This document shows positions 1 to 11,899 of a stretch of DNA of 64,000 nt, piece by piece; position 1 is the stretch's first letter, and every line of letters starts with the position of its first letter. The position numbers and the translations under genes are program-made. Where the stretch lies: NCBI GenBank assembly GCA_002104905.1, contig MCFE01000217.1:1-64000 (forward strand), given 5' to 3'. A model generated the notes under the pieces. That model was not told the DNA's origin and made no database searches. It worked only from the letters and a program-made list of their open reading frames with translations. This DNA is from Basidiobolus meristosporus CBS 931.73. Taxonomy: Eukaryota > Fungi > Basidiobolomycota.

Positions 1-1111
1 GCCTCTCCCAAGCACATAGGTATAGGAGAGAATAACTCCCCGTACTAAAAAGGTCGTATTTTTGCATACGTGTGTTCGATTCCGACGTCAGCCTCCTACA
101 AGAGCGCATCCAGTTGTACGGGGAAGGTTTGAACAGAGGCTGCCACTTGGAATTTATGGCTCATACTCTGGTCAATCTACACAGTCGCATCGGTCAGATT
201 ATGCAATCTAACACTTGAACTTAGTCTAGTAGTTGGCCAGAATCTACATGGTATGTTGTTGGAGAAGTAGATGCAGCAGACCATGCCTAGCATATAAAGT
301 GGTAGCAGTTATTATGGTGGGTATCAATCGTAGTAAAGGATAGTATAATTGACTCGTAACGTATGTCCCTATCACCTGCTAGCCTTGCAAGCGTCAAGCC
401 ACAGCAGAGTTGACGGTGAGTGGTAGGGTCGCCTGACTGCCCCTTCCAACTTGCCAATCGAGGAAGCAGGAATTAGTCCCAAACGGGACCAACCATCAAG
501 AGCCGGGAAAATCTTTCTCCGAATGTTTATTTATATCAGCCTGCTCAATATAACGCAACTAGCATGGTTTGACTAGGGTAGCTGAAGTGGCCTCCTTGGT
601 GGTACGAGTTCCCAGTGCCAATTTGGGCCGGATCCCTGCACAATAGTCTAATCCATCGAGAGGGTGTTGCGGGATTTGGAAGTTTCCAAAAACTTAAGCT
701 TGTTTTAGGTGGTGCGAGCTCATTAGCCAATAGCGCATGCTGAGGCCAGTGCTACACTGATTCTTGGGGTTGGCACAGTATGGAATTTGCTCAAGTTGCT
801 AAATCTGCAAATCAATGGCCATAACGAGCAGCCATATGCAGTGGAGGTGTAGATGCAGCAGGATACCTGAAGATCCGCCAGTCCCTCTATGAGTCTGGTG
901 TTCTAACTGGGTTTATTATATCATAGAGATATCCAGTGGAAGATTTCTCCAGGCTTTGGCACAACACATGAACGATGGGTATTTTTGCGGGGGTCGAGCA
1001 CGTGAGTTTGGGTAAAATACATGATGTGATGGAGAATCTTCCCAAGTCTGGTGATAGAATGAATGTACATTGTCCACTACATCTAGCGATCAAATGTGTT
1101 CTCACTTTGAA

Positions 1112-4100
1112 TCAATCAAATGTTACTTTTAGCACATATACTAGATCATCGGCCCGAAGTAAAATGGCCGGGACTGGGTTGCAAAACACGAATGGCATGG
1201 TATTGCCCAAGTCAGAATCCGAGGCACGGAACAGGCCCAGGGGAACAATCCCCTGCTCGGCGGCAAGCTCCCTATACAATGCATCATAGGCTTTGCCCTG
1301 AACAAGCGCCCAAGTTAAATAAAGCACGAACACCAAACAAGACGGCTAATGAGGGACGTACCACAAACTTCTCTGGGACTTGAATATAACACAGGTAGGA
1401 TGATGTGATGTCGAGTTGAGTGTCGAAGGCGAGATCTTTTTGGCTGCGCAAGCCGCATAGGAGTCTGACAAGCTTCATTATCGCCTCATTGTGATACCCC
1501 TAATAGCACTGGTTATTTACAATCCTTTCATTTCCACAACTGAGAAAGTTTCGCACATACTTGGTAGAACAGATGATCAATGGAGCAGTCCACAAACACC
1601 TCACCTGAGGCGTAGCTGCTAGCGTGCGTGAAGACCTTGGCAAAGTTGTGCTTGGAGTGGTGGTCAGATGCCTGAAGGAGCTTAACATTCGATTGCTCCA
1701 CTGGGATAACGCTGCTTAGTAAGTGTGGAGGGAATGATTCGCATCGTTCAAATACCAACCTATCTCTACGATGATGTATTTACTCTCATCATGCTGCTTT
1801 AAAATTCTTCGCGCCAGCTGATTGCACATGCTATACACAGGCAGCGAAAGTTTAGCGCAACGTCGAAACATGCCGATATTGGATGCGAGGGGGCTTACAT
1901 AACAGAGGTGTCCACATATTCATCATGCTTCTGCACGAAGTCGTTCTTGCGCAAAATAATGATCCTACTGGCGCTAAGAATGCCCGCGCGAATGAGATCC
2001 TTCTCGCTTCTTCTCTGTCCCTAGTGTGGCGACGGCGGGTGAAAAAACGAACAGTAATCACGGCCGGCGCATGGTGTACTTACGATAACGAAAAATATGT
2101 CGGCGAAGACGCCTAGGGTTTTCAACTCGGTTTCTGAAGGAGGGCTGCTGCGAAGGATCACTATCTGGCGATGCTCGGACTCGGTAATATGCGCAGCTCT
2201 AACGAGATACCAGTTAGTGACTGAGCCGACAGAAGCGAGCTGAAGAACGATACCAACCTCAAGGTACAAATCAATCGGAATGGATCGGAGAACCCGGCAC
2301 AAATCAGCACATGGCCTGCCATGAATTTCGCATCATCCAGTACCAACTGATCCGCCGCGTTGATGGGATACTTGAGAAGATGACACAACGGAGTGGATGG
2401 TTCTTCGTAGGGCGGTTGCGGCTGACCAACGATGATGTCCGAGTTGAACTTGGGAAACTCCACCACATTGGACTTGCGCTGATACTTGGGGTACCTGGAT
2501 GATCGGTGCGGGCTGGTCAGTAGATCCCGCTCTGAGGGCGTCAGGTAGTTGATGTGTTTAAGGGAATTGAGGAATTCGCTTTGTGTCTGAAACGAATGCA
2601 CAGTTAGCTTAGATGCTACTCTGTCTTAGAGCGATCTGAAAGGGTTACCATCTTGGAGATGTCCTGGATTTCCTGCGGCCCTTGACTTATGTAATAGCAA
2701 ATATCGTTGGGGCCAAGCTCGTAGCAGTTACCGGGGTTTAGAACAAGGTGATGCGCTTTGAGTCTATTGACATACACATTGACGGCGAACAGCACCGCTT
2801 GGAACTCCTGGTAAATATACTACCAGCGATGGGAGGTTAGTCATGAGCGGTGCCAGCTACCAAACTTCGTCACCTACCCAGGATATAAGTGCAAATGGCT
2901 TTCCTACAAAGTTGGGGTTGACAAGCCCGGAATAGATCTCGTTGCCGGAGCCATCATCTATAAGATACTGTGAGAATACGCCTCTGATTGAAGACAGTGT
3001 GTGGAGAATTACCGTATTGGGCTTGCCACGGCTCCGAATACTTATCGATAGGCTGACTGTTGTACAGAAGATTCAATATCAGTGTGGCTGAACCCCTGTA
3101 GAGACAGTTGTAGCCGATCAAAGCCTTCGCAGGTAAATAGGCAGGTGAGCATCTCTACGGAATCATAAACAAACTGCTCATAAGACTACCTGTTGATACT
3201 CCTTGGGGCAAATGGTTTGTGTGGTGACGTTCTGTTGATTAGTGGAGGTGAATGGGTGATGGTTGTAGGTGTAGATGGGAACATGGGGGGCGTGGATGTG
3301 AACCGCCCAGGTTCTGAGGGTGTTGTTTTCGTCCTCTTCGATGGTATCCTCGGTATCACGGTCTAAGCAAAGAAGATTAATTGAGTGCCACTCAGAAAAG
3401 GCTTGGCGAGGCTCGTACCAGATAGAATAAACACTGCACTGGCGTTCTCGATGCTAGCTCTCTGCAGATCTTGTGTGTCCTACACAACAGCATAAGTCAG
3501 CATTCAAGGAGTTTCGGCGGATGTACATGAGCAGATGCCTACCAGAACGGACCCTTGTAAAAAGGTCACTCTACTCTTGTAGGCGGGGGTATTCAAGAGA
3601 ACTTTGATCTGCATGCTGGGCTGCTCACGTCCAAGAAACAGAAGCTTCGTGCCATTGGCCTCTCTTTCCTGATGAAGGAACCCGTTCAAGATATCCTTGA
3701 CCCTTTGAAGATGATCGAAGACACCGCAAATGACCACGAGGTTGCCCTCTTTGTTATTCCTATAGGACCCCCCACCAGCTAACCGCATCAAGCTCGTGAG
3801 TGATCAAGAAATTCGGGGATTGTCTATATCCAGGCCGACTATACCTTTCTTCTGATTGAGGGTATCAATGGTATCGGATATAAGCCCTGGCAGAATGGTC
3901 AAGACGACGATGATCAGGCATATCACCACAAACTTTCCGGGAATGGAGCTTGGGGATATATCGCCGTAGCCAACGGTAGACACCGTGATGATGGTGAAGT
4001 AGAAGCTTTCAATGAGATTGTAGTTTTTGTCGGCAAACATCAACTCGAAGTATTGGAATGCGGCCATGCCGTTGTACACGATGATCAGAATGTAGGCGAC

Positions 4101-5490
4101 CAGCAGAGTGAGCTTCATCAGCAATGGATCGTAAGGCTTGTCTGATTTGGGGTGTTGAGGGTCAGCATGCAGCTGGAGAAGCATCCAACTAGAGGCCCAC
4201 TTACCAGACCCAAGGTCCATCCGAATGTTAAGTGCGCGCTTTATGCGCCAGACCACCACTATGCTCCTAAGGAAATAAGGGACTTAAGAGCGGGTTTAGT
4301 ACAAGTCTCGTGCACACTGCAGCAAGTAAGTATACAGACCATATAGATACTGCCCGTGAGTCAAAAAGAGACTGCTAATCACAGGCACGCCGGTAACCAG
4401 ATCCAAAAAAGTGTACAAGCTCAATATCACAGACCATCTAGAAGAAACCATTTAGCACCGTAACAACGAGATGCTACGCTTCCACACGCCGCTACCTGTT
4501 CGTCTGGGCAAATGCAATTCCTGTGGAGAGAACGTAAGGTTAGTCTTCGTGCTCAGATTCCAATAGGTCGATGGGTGACGAACTTAGAAGTCGAGAGAGG
4601 ATGTTTTCGCAAGTCATGGCAATGATCAAATACCACACTATGGTGGGACGATGAATCCAAAGCCACTTGGGAGTAAAGTCTGTGGTGACTGAAATTTGCA
4701 TCTCCACTAGATACAGTATACAGAACAAGCCATCAGCGATCAAATCGAGTATCACCTTGCAGAGGAATGTGGTAAGCACATGTGGATGAGCAGCATGGCA
4801 GCTCGTTGCCGAAACTGATGGAACTTACGAAGAGAATTCTTCTTTCTTTCGAGTTCAAAAAGCCGAGCAGTTTAGCCTTGTAGAACTCGTAATCCAATAG
4901 TGTTTTCAGATTGCCCCATATCGAGTGAACAACATTATTTTCACTACAGAACCGAACATTTAGCGACCGGGGGATTGTGAGAGCTTGGTTACAGTTGATC
5001 CTACCGTTGTCGCTCTTTACGGGTTTTGTATTCGTTTCGAACTGCATCAAAGGTCCAGCCTTGTCGGTTTCGAAGAACTTGAAGAATGTTCATTTGTTTC
5101 TTTTCGCTCAGCGTGTGGAGCTCGGGGGAGCTAAAGGAGAGTGGGGAGGTTAGATGGGGTAGTAGGAAGAGGGGTTGGAAGTGGGTGGTGTGATTACTTT
5201 TCGTCCAGCGCTTGGAATACAGGATCGGCCATGTCCCGTTTCTCATTGGAGTGTCCACTTCTGGAGCTTATAGTTTGGGTCAGAGGAACGTTCCTATTCC
5301 GAGACACAGCAGTGTTATAGCGGTTGAAAATATTGTCTTTGGATCTTGCACTTGGAAATGTGTCATCGCTAACTACAGACAACAGCGAGCTGTTGCTTTT
5401 TTTATACTTTCTCCAGTCCATTTGGGTGTCGTCGACGCTAAACTCGTCGTAGTTGGCGCCAATGAGACCGGGGTTGTGAGAGCTTGACAT
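1112..5490 (-). CDS. Slo/BK-family (KCa-type) potassium channel alpha subunit, multi-exon
   Basis: ATG at 5490, stop at 1112. Exons carry the pore and selectivity filter FYFTIITVSTVGYGDISP (~3940-4010), an S4-like RSIVVVWRIKRALNIR, RCK1 (NLVVICG...RVTFLQGSVL, DLQRASIENASAVFIL, NTLRTWAV), RCK2 (GHVLIC, DLIRAGILSASRIIIL, SYASGEVF) and the C-terminal GIVPLGLFR...VFCNPVP. Short GT..AG introns separate them. Exact splice sites are only partly resolved. Confidence 0.92.
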
Positions 5491-7348
5491 CGCGGAGGGG
5501 AAGACAGGCTTGAAATCAAATAAGAATCTAAGGATGATTTACTAGAGTCCAGAATACACAGCATCAATCGACTGCTGGCAGGAAGAAAAGGCGTGTCGAC
5601 GCTTCAGAAAGAAACAATGGGTGCAAATCCAGCTTGGCCACCTTTTATCCGTTGGGATGGATCAGTGGTTTTCCCCAAATAGCAGGCGTCGAGTGCACCG
5701 AAGATAGAATGTAGCTAACCCCTGCGCCGAAATTGGAAATAGTCTTAGATCCATAAGGAGTCATGCGTGACTGCTTTCCGTGACAAAAGCGATTTTACTT
5801 TGAATGGAAACACAAAGAACATGGAGCTAGAAGGACACAGCTTAAAATAGCCCCGCAAATAGAACGCAGTACGATAGGAATCGACACCACTGTGCCAAAT
5901 GAAGAGTTACTTTGATTAATGCTTGTACGACATAGCATTTGATTGTGAAACATGATTGCAATATAATTGGGAAACCATATAGCGTCTTCTGATATGGAGG
6001 CCACTCGGCACCATTGGCAGCCTCCGGATTAGGCCTATATTCCCATATCGATGCGGATACGAATGCGAAATCGAGCCAGCCTGAACCATCTTGCCTATTG
6101 GCAGCGGGTGCCCGCTGGCTCCTCTCCATGAGATCAATATGCAAAGTAATTATTGCCATGCCGATACCAAGTGACCAGCACCTGGTGACAATCCAGTCTG
6201 ATGTTCCCAAGCTCTAATCTGTCGTGATGGCCCAATCTGCGGTGTAGCTGCGAGTCACCCTCTGCCTCTTTCACCTGAAAATCGTTGCCCTTGTCTCTGA
6301 CTCACCTGGCCGCGTCTGTTTGATCCAATATCTGGGATGTGACACTGATAGGATCTGCCATTTAAATGGCCTGATTCTCTCCATGGTCAGCACGGCTAGA
6401 ACGCAGTGTTAGTGCTCAAAGAGATGCCTCTCAGCGGCCGTGGTAGACTTGCTGCCAACTGGCTGTTCTAGATCCCTTCCTTGTCACCTGCCTGTTCTGG
6501 CCATGTCGGCTCCATCAGGCGACGCCTGGCAATCTACTCGCATCCTTGTTGCGCAGTGCTCTGTGCTGGGTGTGGAACAAGGAGATGGGCCCTTCTGACA
6601 AGGCGGTATGTTGGATGAGGGGGAGCCGAAGCCCAACAGTGACCAGTGCATATGACGAGTGTAATGGTTTAGGGATTTGCACTAGATGCACTGGCGTAAT
6701 TAGCTAATGATGGACCAATCCAGGAGGGCGCTTATTATACATTGCCGGGGGCTCAATCAACCACCTCACCATTAAATTAGTTGAAGTCAGAAATCACTGG
6801 GGGGTCTCCAATTGGCCATGGAGGCGGCACTGGGATCCGGTGTGGAAGTACGCACACATCGGTGCATCCAAACACCCCAAAACTGCCGGGAGCTTCCTGG
6901 ACGTCTCCGGAACGCAACCTCTTCGATTGCTTCATCCGGCTTTGTCCAGTGCTGGAGACAGCGGGCTTTGCCCCCGCTTTCGTTGGGAGCCCTATGGAAC
7001 GTGCGCATGGATCCCTGGCGGCCTGGGGAGCAACGGCGATGGCTCCTTGACCTGGATTCCACATGGGCGATTGTCATTGACAACCAATAGATCGTAGTTC
7101 CCATATCCATCAGAAGCTGCAAAACACCCGGGTTTCCTTTAACCATTAAAACTAATGCGTACCTAACCAATCATCTTGCTTGCTATCCCTCTTGGATTCT
7201 AATGATCATTTATGACTCTGGTATCCAATAGGTTTCTACAATCTTCGATTGGCTACCTCCGACCCGGTCAATGAGGGTATCTGGCTCAACCTCTGCAGTG
7301 GTCACTACTCATTAACGACAAGTGACGTCATAAGGACGCCTGGTTTGA

Positions 7349-7385
7349 CATCAGTATCAGGCATCAGGCATCAGGCATCAAGCAT
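7349..7385 (+). repeat. short tandem repeat (GCATCAG)x3-4
   Basis: catcagtatcaggcatcaggcatcaggcatcaagcat is read directly from the sequence. Confidence 0.7.
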
Positions 7386-8949
7386 TCCAACACCATTCTC
7401 CAGAAACTACCTCTCTGCATCTCCATCGCTTACCGTTTCTGTGCAGCAGGGCATCTCATTATTTGTTGATGATGGATCCGTCTCATGGGCATCTTAATGC
7501 TTTTTCCGGATCCCGGAGATGCCAACCAGTCAGCCATGCATGATGCAGGGATCTGGCACTAGATCCCAAAGGCCGGACTTCTCTGTGGTTGTGGGGATGG
7601 GTTCATTCCAACCAACCACCCAAACGACATTTGGAGTCACAGGAGTTGAGCAAGATGCACGATCCAACTCTTACCACAATGGCGGTTACCCATATAGAAA
7701 ACCTAGAGTGGCTTTTGGAACTATGAATCCACGGAGTGGCCTAATGGTTCTGCATTATGGTCAAGTGGTTGCTGTCGATGGTGAGATTGGTGGCGCATGG
7801 AGCGGTTCCCTAATGAAGGAACGCGAGGGTATGATGTCTACTGCTTCACTACAGATTTGGTGTCCATGGCAGCTGGCCACATGTAGCGAGGTTATCGTTA
7901 GATCTTGTTTGCGATTGCTTGTCGCACATAAATGGGCAATACCCAATGGGCGGAGTCGCTCGAGGGTTTCATCAGCAGCTAACTGGCCTCATAGGTTGGT
8001 TCTCACACTAATCTGCTAGAGTCTGATTAAGCCAATTTAGGTTTCGTGTGCTAGCCACTCCGTTATAGCGACTTGGCGTTTATATCCCGAGTTGTTGGCT
8101 AGTTCGCAGAAAGACCAATACATCGCTTTTCATAATACCAGGGGTAGGGTGGTGAAGAGTCACGGGAAGAAGGTGGTTGTGCCACTTCGTACATTTCCTA
8201 TTCAACACCACCATGGGCCTTCAGCGGTAACTACGGTACATTACTCGGGCAGACTACAGCTAATGAAATCTATGTGTAACCATGGCACATGAAGAGTCAG
8301 GGGCAATCCAAATTGTGCGATGATGTATTTGTAACATGTATGCCAGCATTAATGAAAATATCTATCAATGAAGCACAATCTAGAGATGATCCTGACGATT
8401 TTCTTGTGCAGCAAACACTGACACCAGCCACCTTTCCTCCTTTCATGATCACAGAAAATTCATGAACCTTCGGTGGTTCTGGATATCACACGCTAGCCTG
8501 CGGTAGTTTACTGCTTATGAAGTGAGTGGGGCATTATTAGAATATCATCTCACATGGATTCCTGATCAACGACCAAGTAGTAAGCCCCAACGTAGGAATA
8601 GTAGGATACACTCCGAGATATATGTCTTAAAAAGCCCCGCTTCGTACCCAGCAAAGCAAACCCTCATACAACTGTGTAGATGGGGTGGCCTTTACACTCA
8701 ATCCGTGCAAATAATACTTGCTGCGTATAGTCACTCGTAGACTTCAGATCTTTTCTACGGGGCATTGTGTACATGGACCGCTAACATTGTCGATAGCATT
8801 AATTCCATGTCAAAATAGAGCACTGCACACTGTCTGCTGATATACGGCGATAGAGATGTGCATTCGAATCTGGATTCGCGCTTCGTTGACTATTGACACA
8901 GCTATAGCAGGCGAGATTAGGGTTTCGAAGTAGGCTTGTATTTGCTTCT

Positions 8950-10439
8950 GGGTGGTGATATAGTGCTCAAGCTTTTGTTGGGACTTGGAATCAGTTGGGC
9001 TCAAGCCAGGTGCAGATTACATTTCTGAGGTAATGTTTAGAAATTCATATTTACCTAATCAGATTTATTCCCGCATGGCCTCAAGCTCCCATCAGGCAAC
9101 TATGCGAAATCAACAGGAATGCCAATGCAAAAATAGCAAACGACTTGGTCAAACTGAAACAAGATCTTGTAGAATTTGATTAAAGTCCAGCATGGGATCA
9201 AATCATTTGATATGTACAAACTCATTACTGGATAGTAGGTAGTAGCATAGCCTGTGGTCATATCAGTGTGGAGACTGGCAGAATTGTTGTTTGTGAAGTA
9301 TCTCAAGACACTAAACATTGAGGTGTATTGTGCAGAATTGCCATTGTACAATAGCTACTGAGCATGATGTGTAATTATATCAATCTAGTAATTGGCATAC
9401 ACTTGCTCACAATTACTCCCCTATGAAACACAATTGTGATGATCCCATCAAAAGGCCATCATAGAATTTAAACCCTGTGACTAAGAGGTATTGATGCCAT
9501 TAGGACTCTGTGCAAAGACTGCTTAGCAAAAATTGCACCCTAGATTTCACAATAGACCTGGTCAAAATTCTCATCACAACAATACAAAAGTGGCTTTGAT
9601 AGGTTCTCTGCCAATACTCTCACTTTCTGATCCTTGACACCCAATCACCTCCTATATTTGTGTACATTGATTGGCTATTGCCTCTTTCTCACACTCTGAA
9701 CTTCCTGACTCAATTAATGCTCTTACTTTTCATGCATACAAATTGGTCTATTTCCTCTCAATCTTCAGTTATAGCTCAATTTCAAATTGTACTGACCTAT
9801 ACAAGCCCCTATATACAACACTAACATTAGGCCCAACCCCACACTCAACAAGTAACTTGATTAAAGTCCACCATTCAATGAGTATTTCCACCAAAACACC
9901 CTTTTTCCATGACTTTGGGGGGAACCCCACAGCATTATGCCATTCATTCACTGGTTCCCATATATCCTGGTCTTCAGCCAGCACTTCAAGGTCTACAACT
10001 TCATATGCCAGTCTTTGCAGTAAATCCTTGCAATACTCAAGTGCATTCTCTTGAGCACTGCTCTTGAAGAAGTGCTGCAACCTTTTGCTGTGCCTGTTAT
10101 TGCCTCAATACTCCACTGTAGGCATTGCAATAGTCTTTTAATTTCTTGATGGTGCTGTTTTGTTTGTCAGTGGGATCTCCACTCTGCCTATAATGAAGGA
10201 TGTCAATGCTGTGGTAGACAAATTGACTTCCTCTGCAAGCTCATCTACCTCATTGAAGTGTAGCTCAACTGGCTGTGCTTCCAACTCTTGAGAAAACAGC
10301 TTTTGTCTTGTAAATTCCTCTTTTCTATGATAGGATTCAGCCTATTCCAGACTTGAGGAGCCAATTGGTGAGAACTGCAGCTTTTTTCTCATGCTTACCT
10401 GTCTCTGGCTTGGGTAGACTTTGTTCCCTTCACCTTTTC
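8950..10439 (-). mobile_element. degenerate Ty3/gypsy gag-protease-RT relic
   Basis: Minus-strand translation gives a gag-like stretch (9769-10080), then KVRALIESGSS (resembles retropepsin xALIDSGxS, ~9700-9730), then PVDFA*LPDGSLRPC (resembles RT PVxFxxKxDGSLRxC, ~9080-9120). Domain order is gag-PR-RT, with many stops. Confidence 0.45.
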
Positions 10440-10760
10440 CCCTACAAAAAATCTCAAACTTGGAATTCATCTGATTTTTAGCTGGTATTCTGCTGGTATT
10501 CTAATAGTATTTTGCCAGTATCCAGCTGGTGTCTTGGGTTCAAAACTTCAAATGCAATTTTTGATGCAAGTAATGGGCAGCTAATTACCAAATTTGGCAT
10601 GGATGCTAGTTTGCCTAGCCTCCTCCTGGAGAACCTGTTTGCTTGCCTGCACGTTAGCTCAGAACAAAGATACTGAGAGTTGTCAATTTTGAGAAACATG
10701 GAACTCAGCTGACACTATGATGGGAATTTGCTGGCCTTTTCTCAATTCTTTTTCTTAGGG
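10440..10760. mobile_element. 321-bp MITE (CCCT...AGGG termini), copy 1
   Basis: Same length as, and clearly homologous to, 12834-13154. Termini are ccctacaaaaaatc and ttctttttcttaggg. Flanks are ttc/ttt, an imperfect 3-bp TSD. Confidence 0.75.
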
Positions 10761-11899
10761 TTTCCTTTATTGCTGTCAGGTGTTTCACTGCCACTTTGTC
10801 TGGGTTCTTCTTGTATTGAACTAAATTTTCTTCTGGATAAATATCACACTGGCCATTGGTTTCTGCCCTCCTGTTCCTTACCAGCTCTCTTCTGGCAACC
10901 TGGCATTTCTTTGCTGCTTGTTTGAGCTTTTAGCCTTAGTTGTGACAGGCTCCTAAGGAAGCCACTGGTTTTTATTGCTGCCAGGTCCTCCACTCCTACT
11001 TTGAATGATTGCTTCTTTAATACCACAACACTTTTTCCTTGATAAATGTTGCCTGGTGTATATGTGTCCACTTGCTTGTCCCATATTGGTACTCCTTCAG
11101 CAACCTGATGTTTCCTGGATGCTTGTTAAGGGCTTTTGGCCATGCTTGTAATGGACTCTTAAGGAAGCCACTGGTTTTAAGCCATTGCACCCTAGTTCAT
11201 CTGCCTTGGATAGTTTACACTATTCCTGAGATACTTCCTGAGCATACAAATGCTGGCACAAAATCTGTTTGCTCATTTGAATCCAGTATAATGCTCATGG
11301 AGCAGATCAGGCTCATTTTGATTGGACTTGAATCCCTGATGGCCCTATGGTATACCAGCCTTAAAGTGATGGCATTCTAGATGTCTTACAGCCTCCTGAA
11401 TATTAGCCCACTCTTGACCATTGCACTCAGCAGCTTCACTGATCTTCAAATCTTTTGTTTTTTGTGCTTTGGTACAGCTCCACAGTCTCTCCCTCCTACA
11501 CTGCAATACATTTTTTTCTGTGCTTTATTTTTGGGCACTGTTGTGGTGCTTCAGAGACTGCACAGTGTTCCTCTGCTGTCACATTAGGAAATGGCTTAAT
11601 TCTTGGCTGTGATATTGAGCTAATTGTGTTCTTTCTTTGCCACAAATATACTACATTCTCTACTTTAGATATTGATTACTTTACATGTATTATCTACTCA
11701 TCCTGTCACAGGACTATTTCCTGATTTTTCTGAGACAACACATCTATCCTAGCAGCCACTGCACCTAATTGCTTCATTAATACTTTTGTATGAGCTGATA
11801 ATATACTTGCTAAAATGGGTGGTAGTGGTGTTGGACAACCACTTAAAACAAAGAAGACTCACTGATGGATTGTGACCCTATCTCCCATAACAACAGTAC

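Noticed and set aside
20-100. tRNA-like T-loop gttcgattcc
   Set aside because: The T-stem pairs at only 3 of 5 positions, and there is no acceptor stem or D arm.
7060-7170. Pepsin-like motif LQLLMDMGTTIYWL (resembles DTGSSxLWV; ACG>ATG would restore DTG)
   Set aside because: Only about nine residues match, the catalytic Thr is missing, there is no second lobe, and the local DNA is not CpG-depleted.
9270-9310. TNNNSASLH as a MULE transposase motif
   Set aside because: No MULE DDE or SWIM context. The neighbouring motifs fit gypsy protease and RT better.
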